Shown piece by piece: positions 28,049-37,227 of a DNA stretch of 64,000 nt. The notes beneath the pieces were generated by a model. It worked only from the letters and a program-made list of their open reading frames with translations. It ran no database searches and was not told the DNA's origin. The stretch spans positions 3,968,001-4,032,000 of the forward strand of contig OZ242010.1 of NCBI GenBank assembly GCA_965204745.1, given 5' to 3'. A program made the position numbers and the translations under genes. The stretch is from Candidatus Latescibacterota bacterium. Its GTDB lineage: Bacteria; Latescibacterota; UBA2968. Every line of letters starts with the position of its first letter. Positions within the stretch are counted from its first letter, which is position 1.

Positions 28049-28232
28049 GAAGGAAGATGACCGCCCTTCAGCCCTCTAAGCGGTCAGCGTCAGTGATCTC
28101 GTCCTGCCCTATGCCCCATCAACTTGTAGGGACAGGCCCTTGTGCTTGTCCTCATACCCGACGGTTGGGAGTGGTTGCTTTTTACCTCTCACGTCTCACC
28201 TCTTCCCTCTTCCCTCTAACCTCTCGCGCCTC

Positions 28233-29411
28233 ATGATACAACTCAAATCCGAAATGAAGACCCGATTTGGCATCGCGCCTGACGACGTGTGCATCGTGCA
28301 ATCGCCCTATCGTATCTGTCCGCTCGGCGCGCATATCGACCACCAACTCGGGCGGGTCATGGGCATGGCGATTGATCAGGCGGTGTACCTCGCGTTCGCG
28401 CCCTCAAGCGATGAAACCACGCGCTTGCAAAGCCTCACCTTTGACGGCGAGGTCGCGTTTGCACTCGGGGACGTGCCGGACAAAATCGAAGGGGATTGGG
28501 GCAATTTTCCGCGTGGGGCCGTGCGTGCATTGCAGCGAGGGGGGTACGAACTCGCGTGCGGCATCACGGGCATCACAGCGGGCCGAATGCACGAGGGGGG
28601 CTTGAGTTCATCCGCGGCCATTGGCGTGGCGTATTTGCTCGCCTATCAAAAGGCCAATGGCTTGTCCGTCTCGCCCGCGGACAATATCCGGCTCGATCAA
28701 GCCATTGAAAACAGCTATCTCGGCCTGAAAAATGGCATTTTGGATCAATCGGCGATTCTCTTATCGCAAAAGGGCTTTCTCACGGTGATCGATTGCGCGA
28801 CCGCCACGCACACCTCGATTCCGCAGTCGCCCGCGCTACCGCCCTTTGATATTCTCATCGCCCAATCGGGCCTGCGAGACGCCTTGGTCTCCACTGGGTA
28901 TAACGCTCGGGTTGACGAATGCGCTCGGGCAGCGCGAATCTTGCTTCAGGCCGCGGGGCGCCCCGATCAACAACCCCTGCTCGGCAACATCACCCATGAA
29001 GAATACGAAACGCACAAAAGCCTGTTGCGCGGCCCTTCTGCCAAACGCGCCAAACACTTTTTCACGGAATCCGCGCGCGTGCTTCAGGGCATTGGTGCAT
29101 GGCGCGAGGGCCACCTTGCGGCCTTTGGGCACCTCATCGCGGAATCTGGCCGCAGTTCAATAGAAAATTACGAATGCGGCAGCGAACCCCTCATCGCCCT
29201 CTATCGCATCCTCATCGACACGGACGGGGTTTACGGTGCTCGGTTTAGCGGCGCCGGGTTCAGGGGGTGTTGTGTGGCGCTGGTCGATCCGCAACAATCC
29301 AGCGCGGCGATGGAACGCATCCGCACGGCTTATCGGGCGAAATATCCCGAGTTGTCGAAAAACGCCTCGGTCTTTACGTGTCGCCCCGACGATGGAGCCA
29401 GAATCCTGTGA
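28233..29411 (+). CDS. GHMP sugar kinase, plant galacturonokinase-like
   Basis: SPYRICPLGAHIDHQ, GLSSSAA, NGILDQSAIL, ENYECG, GARFSGAGFRGCC. Confidence 0.85.
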   Translation: MIQLKSEMKTRFGIAPDDVCIVQSPYRICPLGAHIDHQLGRVMGMAIDQAVYLAFAPSSDETTRLQSLTFDGEVAFALGDVPDKIEGDWGNFPRGAVRALQRGGYELACGITGITAGRMHEGGLSSSAAIGVAYLLAYQKANGLSVSPADNIRLDQAIENSYLGLKNGILDQSAILLSQKGFLTVIDCATATHTSIPQSPALPPFDILIAQSGLRDALVSTGYNARVDECARAARILLQAAGRPDQQPLLGNITHEEYETHKSLLRGPSAKRAKHFFTESARVLQGIGAWREGHLAAFGHLIAESGRSSIENYECGSEPLIALYRILIDTDGVYGARFSGAGFRGCCVALVDPQQSSAAMERIRTAYRAKYPELSKNASVFTCRPDDGARIL

Positions 29412-30157
29412 AAGCCATTATTCTCGCGGCGGGATATGCCACGCGGCTGTATCCCCTCACCAAAAATTTTCCCAAGCCCTTGCTCGAAGTGGGGGGCAAA
29501 ACCATTCTCGATCACCTCATCGATCAGGTCAAAACCATTTCGGAGATCGACCGCGCGTATCTGGTGTCCAACCGCCGATTTTACGATCACTTTGCGGATT
29601 GGGCACGCGCAAAGGGCGTGCCCATCGACATTTTGGACGACGGCACGACCTCCAACGACGACCGCTTAGGCGCGGTGGGCGATCTCCGCTTTGCCCTTGA
29701 AACCCGCGCCATTGCCGACGATGTGATCGTTCTCGCTGCGGACAACATTTTGCTGTTTTCCCTGCAAAAGTTCGTCAACGCATTCAAAGCCAATCCCGCG
29801 TCTCACATTACCGTGCGCCACAATCCCGACTACGAAGATCGCAAACGCCGGGGCAATGTCCTGCTAGACGAAAACAACCGCGTCTTGCAATTCATCGAAA
29901 AACCGGATGAGCCGATTTCCGAATGGTCCGTGCCGCCCTTGTATATTTATCCATCCACCACCTTGCCCCGCGTCAAAGAATACCTCGCCGGCGGCGGCAC
30001 GCCAGACGCGCCCGGGCATTTCGCGGAATGGTTGCACATGTGCGAACCCGTGTACGCCCACAAAATTGAAGGCCGCATTCTCGACATTGGCAACCGCGAA
30101 TCCCTGTCCGAGGCGCGGGCGTTTTTTCAATCCCAAACACCTGATCGCACGCATTGA
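29408..30157 (+). CDS. Sugar-1-phosphate nucleotidyltransferase
   Basis: KAIILAAGYATRLYPLT..PKPLL, FIEKP; GTGA overlap with the kinase stop. Confidence 0.9.
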   Translation: MKAIILAAGYATRLYPLTKNFPKPLLEVGGKTILDHLIDQVKTISEIDRAYLVSNRRFYDHFADWARAKGVPIDILDDGTTSNDDRLGAVGDLRFALETRAIADDVIVLAADNILLFSLQKFVNAFKANPASHITVRHNPDYEDRKRRGNVLLDENNRVLQFIEKPDEPISEWSVPPLYIYPSTTLPRVKEYLAGGGTPDAPGHFAEWLHMCEPVYAHKIEGRILDIGNRESLSEARAFFQSQTPDRTH

Positions 30158-30182
30158 CATCGCGGGGTTCGGGTTCTATCTT
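30154..30182 (+). promoter_or_regulatory. Putative sigma70 promoter of the Uma2 array
   Basis: TTGACA-17 bp-TATCTT, then AGGAGG and ATG 30206. Confidence 0.65.
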
Positions 30183-30205
30183 TTGGCAAACAGGAGGAAT
30201 GTGCT

Positions 30206-30922
30206 ATGGAAATCGCATTGGATGTCAAACCCTTTGGCGCGCTGACAGAGGATGACTTTTTTGAGTTTTGTCAACGCAACAGGGATGTGCGTATCGAGCG
30301 CGATGCAGAAGGCGGAATACGGATTATGCCGCCGGCAGGAGAGGCCACGATAGAAACCGTGTTGGATGTCGAGCCTTTTATCGGGCTTACGGAGGATGAA
30401 TTTTTTGAATTTTGCCAGCGCACCCATGATGTGCGTATCGAGCGCAATGCAAAAGGAGAAATATTGATTATGCCACCGACAGGCGGAGCGACAGGCGACC
30501 GAAATGCAGAAATCACAATGCAGTTGCGATGGTGGGCAAAACGCGATGGGACGGGTATAGCGTTTGATTCCTCAACCGGCTTTCGGTTGCCCAACCAAGC
30601 GATGCGTGCGCCGGATGCGTCTTGGGTCTTGCACTGGCGTTACGATCAGTTGACGGAACGAGAACAAGAGCGATTTTTGCCTCTGTGTCCCGATTTTGCC
30701 ATTGAACTCAAATCGCCCACGGATACGCTTGCCGCGCTCAAACGAAAGATGGATGAGTATATCGAGAACGGCCTGCAACTCGGCTGGCTCATCGATCCGA
30801 AACAGAAAACCGTTCATATCTACCGCCCGCATCTGCCCGTTGAGGTGCGCGACAATCCCAACACTTTGTCCGCCGATCCAATTCTACCGGGATTTGTTTT
30901 GGATCTCACGGAAATCTGGTGA
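30206..30922 (+). CDS. Uma2/DUF820 endonuclease, copy 1
   Basis: RAPDASW..PDFAIELKSPTD..KMDEYIENG..GWLIDP. Confidence 0.93.
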   Translation: MEIALDVKPFGALTEDDFFEFCQRNRDVRIERDAEGGIRIMPPAGEATIETVLDVEPFIGLTEDEFFEFCQRTHDVRIERNAKGEILIMPPTGGATGDRNAEITMQLRWWAKRDGTGIAFDSSTGFRLPNQAMRAPDASWVLHWRYDQLTEREQERFLPLCPDFAIELKSPTDTLAALKRKMDEYIENGLQLGWLIDPKQKTVHIYRPHLPVEVRDNPNTLSADPILPGFVLDLTEIW

Positions 30923-30953
30923 GGTGAGCATCCTATCAATAGAGGAATGTGCT

Positions 30954-31670
30954 ATGGAAATCGCATTGGATGTCAAACCCTTTGGCGCGCTGACAGAGGA
31001 TGACTTTTTTGAATTTTGTCAACGCAACCGGGATGTGCGTATCGAGCGCGATGCACGAGGAGGAATACGGATTATGCCACCGGCAGGCGAGGCCACGATA
31101 GAAACCGTGTTGGATGTCGAGCCTTTTATCGGGCTGACGGAGGATGAATTTTTTGAATTTTGCCAGCGCACCCATGATGTGCGTATCGAGCGCAATGCAA
31201 AAGGAGAAATACTGATTATGCCACCAGCAGGCGGAGCGACGAGCAACCGAAATGCAGGGATCACAACACAATTGTACTTATGGTCAGAACGCGATGGAAC
31301 AGGTATAGCGTTTGATTCCTCGGGCGGCTTTCGGTTGCCCAACCAAGCGGTGCGTGCGCCGGATGCGTCTTGGGTCTTGCGCTGGCGTTATGAGCAGTTG
31401 ACGGAACGAGAACAAGAGCGATTTTTGCCTCTGTGTCCCGATTTTGCCATTGAACTCAAATCACCCACGGATACGCTTGCCGCGCTCAAACGAAAAATGG
31501 ATGAGTATATCGAGAACGGCCTGCAACTCGGTTGGCTCATCGATCCGAAACAGAAAACCGTTCATATCTACCGTCCGCATCTGCCCGTTGAGGTGCGCGA
31601 CAATATCAACAACCTGTCCGCCGATCCAATTCTACCGGGATTTGTTTTGGACCTCGCGGAAATCTGGTGA
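30954..31670 (+). CDS. Uma2/DUF820 endonuclease, copy 2
   Basis: Near-identical paralog, ATG after gaggaatgtgct. Confidence 0.93.
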   Translation: MEIALDVKPFGALTEDDFFEFCQRNRDVRIERDARGGIRIMPPAGEATIETVLDVEPFIGLTEDEFFEFCQRTHDVRIERNAKGEILIMPPAGGATSNRNAGITTQLYLWSERDGTGIAFDSSGGFRLPNQAVRAPDASWVLRWRYEQLTEREQERFLPLCPDFAIELKSPTDTLAALKRKMDEYIENGLQLGWLIDPKQKTVHIYRPHLPVEVRDNINNLSADPILPGFVLDLAEIW

Positions 31671-31700
31671 TGAGAAACCCTATCAAGTGAGGTACCTACA

Positions 31701-32417
31701 ATGGAAATTGCATTAGATGTCAAACCCTTTGGCGCGCTGACAGAGGATAAATTTTTTGAGTTTTGTCAACGCAACCGAGATGTGCGTATCGAGCGCGATG
31801 CGCGAGGAGGAATACGGATTATGCCACCGGCAGGCGAGGCCACGATAGAAACCGTGTTGGATGTCGAGCCTTTTATCGGGCTTACGGAGGATGAATTTTT
31901 TGAATTTTGTCAGCGCACCCATGATGTGCGTATCGAGCGCAATGCAAAAGGAGAAATACTGGTTATGCCACCAGCAGGCGGAGCGACGAGCAACCGAAAT
32001 GCAGGGATCACAACACAATTGGGCTTATGGGCAAAACGCGATGGGACGGGTATAGCGTTTGATTCCTCGGGCGGCTTTCGGTTGCCCAACCAAGCGGTTC
32101 GTGCGCCGGATGCGTCTTGGGTCTTGCGCTGGCGTTACGAGCAGTTGACGGAACGAGAACAAGAGCGATTTTTGCCTCTGTGTCCCGATTTTGCCATTGA
32201 ACTCAAATCGCCCACGGATACGCTTGCCGCGCTCAAACGAAAGATGGATGAGTATATTGAAAACGGCCTGCAACTCGGTTGGCTCATCGATCCGAAACAG
32301 AAAACCGTTCATATCTATCGTCCGCATCTGCCCGTTGAGGTGCGCGACAATATCAACAACCTGTCCGCCGATCCAATTTTGCCGGGATTTGTTTTGGATC
32401 TCACTAAAATCTGGTGA
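31701..32417 (+). CDS. Uma2/DUF820 endonuclease, copy 3
   Basis: Near-identical paralog. Confidence 0.93.
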   Translation: MEIALDVKPFGALTEDKFFEFCQRNRDVRIERDARGGIRIMPPAGEATIETVLDVEPFIGLTEDEFFEFCQRTHDVRIERNAKGEILVMPPAGGATSNRNAGITTQLGLWAKRDGTGIAFDSSGGFRLPNQAVRAPDASWVLRWRYEQLTEREQERFLPLCPDFAIELKSPTDTLAALKRKMDEYIENGLQLGWLIDPKQKTVHIYRPHLPVEVRDNINNLSADPILPGFVLDLTKIW

Positions 32418-32448
32418 GGTGAGCATCCTATCAATAGAGGAATGTGCT

Positions 32449-33021
32449 ATGGAAATCGCATTGGATGTCAAACCCTTTGGCGCGCTGACTGAAGATGAAT
32501 TTTTTGAGTTTTGTCAACGCAACCGGGATGTGCGTATCGAACGCGATGCAGAAGGAGGAATACTGGTTATGCCACCGACAGGAGGAGCGACGGGCAATCG
32601 AAATATCGAAATCGCAATGCAGTTGCAATGGTGGGCAAAACGCGATGGGACGGGTATAGCGTTTGATTCCTCGGGCGGCTTTCGGTTGCCCAGCCAAGCG
32701 GTGCGTGCGCCGGATGCGTCTTGGGTCTTGCGCTGGCGTTATGAGCAGTTGACGGAACGAGAACAAGAGCGGTTTTTGCCCCTGTGTCCCGATTTTGCCA
32801 TTGAACTCAAATCGCCCACGGATACGCTTGCCGCGCTCAAACGAAAGATGGATGAGTATATTGAAAACGGCCTGCAACTCGGTTGGCTCATCGACCCCAA
32901 GCAGAAAACCGTTCATATCTATCGTCCGCATCTGCCCGTTGAGGTGCGTGACAATCCCAATACTTTGTCCGCCGATCCAATTTTGCCGGGATTTGTTTTG
33001 GATCTCACGGAAATCTGGTAA
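32449..33021 (+). CDS. Uma2/DUF820 endonuclease, copy 4 (190 aa, no N-terminal duplication)
   Basis: Same motifs, 48 aa shorter. Confidence 0.93.
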   Translation: MEIALDVKPFGALTEDEFFEFCQRNRDVRIERDAEGGILVMPPTGGATGNRNIEIAMQLQWWAKRDGTGIAFDSSGGFRLPSQAVRAPDASWVLRWRYEQLTEREQERFLPLCPDFAIELKSPTDTLAALKRKMDEYIENGLQLGWLIDPKQKTVHIYRPHLPVEVRDNPNTLSADPILPGFVLDLTEIW

Positions 33022-33051
33022 TGAGAAACCCTATCAAGTGAGGTACCTACA

Positions 33052-33768
33052 ATGGAAATTGCATTGGATGTCAAACCCTTTGGCGCGCTGACAGAAGATG
33101 AATTTTTTGAGTTTTGTCAACGCAACCGGGATGTGCGTATCGAGCGCGATGCAGAAGGCGGAATACGGATTATGCCACCGACAGGAGAGGCCACGATAGA
33201 AACCGTGTTGGATGTCGAGCCTTTTATCGGGCTTACGGAGGATGAATTTTTTGAATTTTGTCAGCGCACCCATGATGTGCGTATCGAGCGCAATACAAAA
33301 GGAGAAATACTGATTATGCCACCGACAGGCGGAGCGACGGGCAATCGAAATTTGAAGATCGAAATACAATTGGGCTTATGGGCAGAACGCGATGGGACGG
33401 GTATAGCGTTTGATTCCTCAACCGGTTTTCGGTTGCCCAACCAAGCGGTGCGTGCGCCGGATGCGTCCTGGGTCTTGCGCTGGCGTTACGATCAGTTGAC
33501 GGAACGAGAACAAGAGCGATTTTTGCCCCTGTGTCCCGATTTTGCCATTGAACTCAAATCGCCCACGGATACGCTTCCCACACTCAAACGAAAGATGGAT
33601 GAATATATTGAAAACGGCCTGCAACTCGGTTGGCTCATCGACCCCAAGCAGAAAACCGTTCATATCTATCGTCCGCATCTGCCCGTTGAGGTGCGTGACA
33701 ATCCCAACACTTTGTCCGCCGATCCAATTTTGCCGGGATTTGTTTTGGATCTCACTAAAATCTGGTAG
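33052..33768 (+). CDS. Uma2/DUF820 endonuclease, copy 5
   Basis: Near-identical paralog. Confidence 0.93.
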   Translation: MEIALDVKPFGALTEDEFFEFCQRNRDVRIERDAEGGIRIMPPTGEATIETVLDVEPFIGLTEDEFFEFCQRTHDVRIERNTKGEILIMPPTGGATGNRNLKIEIQLGLWAERDGTGIAFDSSTGFRLPNQAVRAPDASWVLRWRYDQLTEREQERFLPLCPDFAIELKSPTDTLPTLKRKMDEYIENGLQLGWLIDPKQKTVHIYRPHLPVEVRDNPNTLSADPILPGFVLDLTKIW

Positions 33769-33794
33769 CCCCACCCAACACAAAGGATTTTCAC

Positions 33795-34991
33795 ATGGCA
33801 AGCGTTCACATCATCCGTCACAAGCCCATCCCCATTTTTGCCAGCACAGCCGAAGTCGCGATTACCTACGACGATGCCCAAGTCGTGCGTCTCGTCGAAC
33901 CGAGTGGCAATGTGGGCACGCAATATCCCAACGAACTCGGCGCAGAGTGGTTTGGCACCATTGAAAACCTCGGCGCGGGCCTCGCACGCGGGGGCGCGAA
34001 CTGGGGCGATGTGTACAAAACCGATGTGCTTTGGACCACGCCCTCTGATAGGCGCGGCGATTGCGCGGCTTACCGCGATGCGTTCAACGCGGTCTATGCC
34101 CCGATGATCAGCGCGGTGACCGGTTGCGCGCTCAAATCCAATCGCATGGCGCGCTTCACCCATCCGGAGGGATTTCCGGATCCCCGAGCACTTTTTGAAG
34201 TGGAAATCAAAGCCGCCAAGGGCGAAGACATTTCCGTTGGCGATGGCAAAATCGAATACGGCGCGTGGACCGATCACCAACCTAACGGCGCCTCGGCGTT
34301 GCATGTGGATGAGCAGGGCAATACGGTTTCAACACTCGGCGGCGACCTCAAACGAGAGACGGAATTCGTGCTTGCCCAATACGAAAAAACGCTCGCCGAA
34401 GCGCGCGTTCAATTCAATACGCAAACCGTCTCTCTCGAAGCCCTGGTCGCGGTTGCCGACGATCCTGCGGCAACTTGGACGCGCATCGAAAGCGTGCGAG
34501 ACGCGATAGCCGATTATTTTGGGGATCGCCGGCCCGCTGGCAAAATCTATGCGGTTTCGCGCATTCCCAACCTCGATGGCATTGTCGAACTCCAGCCGCG
34601 CTGTGTCACGGGCGATGTGGTCATCGACCGCTCGGGCCATCTTGTCGATGGCTTTAGCACTTGGACGGCCATTCGCCGGCAAGGGGTGTCCGAAGTGTTG
34701 GTCAGCGGCGTTGGTGGCGATGATGCCGAAACCATTCTCAACGCCATTGACGCGCACATCAAAGCCGCAGGCGGCGCAGGGCTGAAGGAAAACGGGGTTT
34801 TCAACAATGCCTATATCGTCGCCGCAGAAAACAGCGCGGCTTCGCGGGAGCGTCTCGTCACCTTCAACGAGCAATTCTCGGGCTATTACACGGGCGTTGC
34901 CCCTGCCGGACGAACCGCCCAATTCGTGCCCGGCTTCATGCGCGAGCAACACATCTGCGGCATCTCGACCCGCGCGATCTTCGCGGAATAG
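33795..34991 (+). CDS. Multi-domain RidA/YjgF-like protein
   Basis: Three segments resembling YjgF units (VYKTDV..FNAVY..PRALFEVEI; YFGDRRPA..DGIVEL; FNEQFSGYY..PAGRT). Confidence 0.55.
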   Translation: MASVHIIRHKPIPIFASTAEVAITYDDAQVVRLVEPSGNVGTQYPNELGAEWFGTIENLGAGLARGGANWGDVYKTDVLWTTPSDRRGDCAAYRDAFNAVYAPMISAVTGCALKSNRMARFTHPEGFPDPRALFEVEIKAAKGEDISVGDGKIEYGAWTDHQPNGASALHVDEQGNTVSTLGGDLKRETEFVLAQYEKTLAEARVQFNTQTVSLEALVAVADDPAATWTRIESVRDAIADYFGDRRPAGKIYAVSRIPNLDGIVELQPRCVTGDVVIDRSGHLVDGFSTWTAIRRQGVSEVLVSGVGGDDAETILNAIDAHIKAAGGAGLKENGVFNNAYIVAAENSAASRERLVTFNEQFSGYYTGVAPAGRTAQFVPGFMREQHICGISTRAIFAE

Positions 34992-34997
34992 CATGTC

Positions 34998-35765
34998 TCA
35001 TCCCTCGATCAACCGCATCACGTCTTCAAACAACGCCCCATTTGTGCCGATGGCTTCCTCGCCCCAGATCGTCGCTTCGCCGCTCCATGTGGTGAATGTG
35101 CCGCCCGCTTCTCGCAAAATGGGCGCGAGTGCAGCGCAATCCCACACGTTCATCACCGGATCGAGCACCACCTCTGCGCGCCCGGTCGCCACGAGCATGT
35201 ACCCGTAACAATCGCCCCAACCGCGCACCAATTTGGCCTGGGAGCAAATCCGCGCAATGGCTCGGTCGCGCCCGTGCAAATGCACGAAATCGGTCAAAAG
35301 CACTGTGGCGTCCTGCATGTTCGACACATCCGACACCCGCGCTATGCGGCCATTCCACATGCAACCCAAACCCGTGCCCGCGCAAATCATCTCGTTCAAT
35401 GCGGGAAAATGCACCACGCCCACCGCGGGATCGCCATCGACCTCCACCCCCACCAACACGCCGTAGAGCGGCACCCCGCGGACAAATGATTTTGTGCCGT
35501 CAATCGGATCGACAATCCACCGCCTGCCCGTCGTCCCGGGCTCCTCGCCGTGCTCCTCGCCCACGATGCCATCATCTGGAAACCGCGCGGCGATCAAGGC
35601 GCGCAACTTTTCCTCGGCTTCCCTATCCGCCGCTGTCACGGGTGATTCATCGGCCTTTTGCTCAACTTCGACCCCGGCTTGAAAATACCGCAAGGTAATC
35701 CGCCCGGCCTGCCAGGCCGCATCGGTTGCAAAATCCAAGATGTCCCGCAGCGATGCGTCTGCCAT
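34998..35765 (-). CDS. hisN: Inositol-monophosphatase-family histidinol-phosphatase
   Basis: KADESPVTAADREAE, GEE, WIVDPIDGTKSFVRG, WGDCYGY, WDCAA. Confidence 0.82.
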   Translation of the reverse strand: MADASLRDILDFATDAAWQAGRITLRYFQAGVEVEQKADESPVTAADREAEEKLRALIAARFPDDGIVGEEHGEEPGTTGRRWIVDPIDGTKSFVRGVPLYGVLVGVEVDGDPAVGVVHFPALNEMICAGTGLGCMWNGRIARVSDVSNMQDATVLLTDFVHLHGRDRAIARICSQAKLVRGWGDCYGYMLVATGRAEVVLDPVMNVWDCAALAPILREAGGTFTTWSGEATIWGEEAIGTNGALFEDVMRLIEG

Positions 35766-35781
35766 TGTCGCCTCCTGTTTA

Positions 35782-37212
35782 TCAATTCCGAAAATCGCTC
35801 GCATTGTCGAATTGCACCGGGATAACGAGTTCCCCTTGCGGGTTGATATACCCATACTTGTCGTCGATTTTCACGCGCGCCACGCCATGGGAAAACGACC
35901 AGGCAAAGTCGAATTGCGGATTGATCACCACCCGACCATCCGTGTTGATATAGCCCCATCTGCCGAAAATTTTCTGCGCGGATTCTTCAAAAAAGGAAAA
36001 CGTAAAATCGAATTGCGGTTGGATGACCACTTGCCCCTCGGTGTTGATATAGCCCCACTTGCCGTCGATCTGCACGGGTGCCAAGCCATTCATAAACGAG
36101 AACGCCAATTCAAATTGCGGCTCGATGATGATGTCGCCTTTCCTGTCGATGTACCCCCACTTGCCATTGAGTTCTACGCGCGCCAAGCCCTCGGAAAAGG
36201 ACCGCGCGTCGTCAAACCGCGGGGGGATCACCTCTTCGCCCGCGGCGTTGATGTAGCCCCACTTGCCACTCTCTTTGATGCGTGCCAAGCCCTCGGAAAA
36301 GGACTCGGGATCGTCGGTTTGTTCGGGCACGACCACCTCGCCTTTTTCATTGATGTACCCCCACTTGCTGCCGAGTTTCACGCGCGCCAAGCCTTCGGAA
36401 AAGGACCGGGTAATGTCGAATTGCGGGGGAATCGAGACGATCCCCTTTGCGTTGACATAGCCCCACCTGCTATTGATTTCCACGCGCGCCAGGCCGTTTG
36501 AAAAATCCCACGCGCTTTCAAATTGCGGAAAAATCACGCGCACGCCCCGGGGATTGATGTACCCCCACTTGCCATCGACTTCTACGCGCCCCAGGCTGTC
36601 CGAAAAATCCCAAGCCGTGTCGAACTGCGGGGCGATCACGGCCTCGCCCGTTGCGTTGATGTACCCCCACTTGTCGTCGATTTCCACCGCGGCCAAGCCC
36701 TGGGAAAAGGACCGCGCATCGTCGAATTGCGGTGCGATCACGGCCTCGCCCGTTGCGTTGATGTACCCCCACTTGTCGTCGATCTTCACGAGTGCCCGTC
36801 CATCTGCGAATGCCCACGCATCTTCCCCGTCAAATTTGGGGGGGATCACCACTTCTCCGGTCTGGTCGATATAGCCCCACTTGCCATTGAGCTCCACGCG
36901 CGCCAACCCGTCTGCGAAGGACCACGCATTGTCGAATTTGGGAGGGATCGCCATTTCGCCTTGGGTGTTGATATAGCCCCACTTGCCGTTGAGTTCCACG
37001 CGCGCCAACCCGTCTGCGAAGGACCACGCATTGTCGAATTTTAGGGGGATCACCATTTCGCCTTGGGTGTTGATGTAGCCCCACTTGCCATCGATTTGAA
37101 CCCGCGCCAAAGGCACGGTTTCGCGGGTCGCGGACTCGTCTGGCAGGTCGCCGGAATTGGCGCACGAAATGATCAGGGTTGCGAAAATCAGGATGTATAA
37201 TTTGTCGTCCAT
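35782..37212 (-). CDS. WG-repeat (KWG) lipoprotein
   Basis: Lipobox-like IISC; about a dozen KWGYIN..G..VI.P.F...F.EGLA repeats. Confidence 0.92.
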   Translation of the reverse strand: MDDKLYILIFATLIISCANSGDLPDESATRETVPLARVQIDGKWGYINTQGEMVIPLKFDNAWSFADGLARVELNGKWGYINTQGEMAIPPKFDNAWSFADGLARVELNGKWGYIDQTGEVVIPPKFDGEDAWAFADGRALVKIDDKWGYINATGEAVIAPQFDDARSFSQGLAAVEIDDKWGYINATGEAVIAPQFDTAWDFSDSLGRVEVDGKWGYINPRGVRVIFPQFESAWDFSNGLARVEINSRWGYVNAKGIVSIPPQFDITRSFSEGLARVKLGSKWGYINEKGEVVVPEQTDDPESFSEGLARIKESGKWGYINAAGEEVIPPRFDDARSFSEGLARVELNGKWGYIDRKGDIIIEPQFELAFSFMNGLAPVQIDGKWGYINTEGQVVIQPQFDFTFSFFEESAQKIFGRWGYINTDGRVVINPQFDFAWSFSHGVARVKIDDKYGYINPQGELVIPVQFDNASDFRN

Positions 37213-37227
37213 GGTCCTCCGCCTTTT

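Noticed and set aside
30206-33768. Diversity-generating retroelement acting on Uma2
   Set aside because: No reverse transcriptase or non-coding template repeat in the window; differences are not confined to adenine positions
35782-37212. Regular ~105-bp DNA repeats as a non-coding array
   Set aside because: Fully explained by in-frame WG protein repeats
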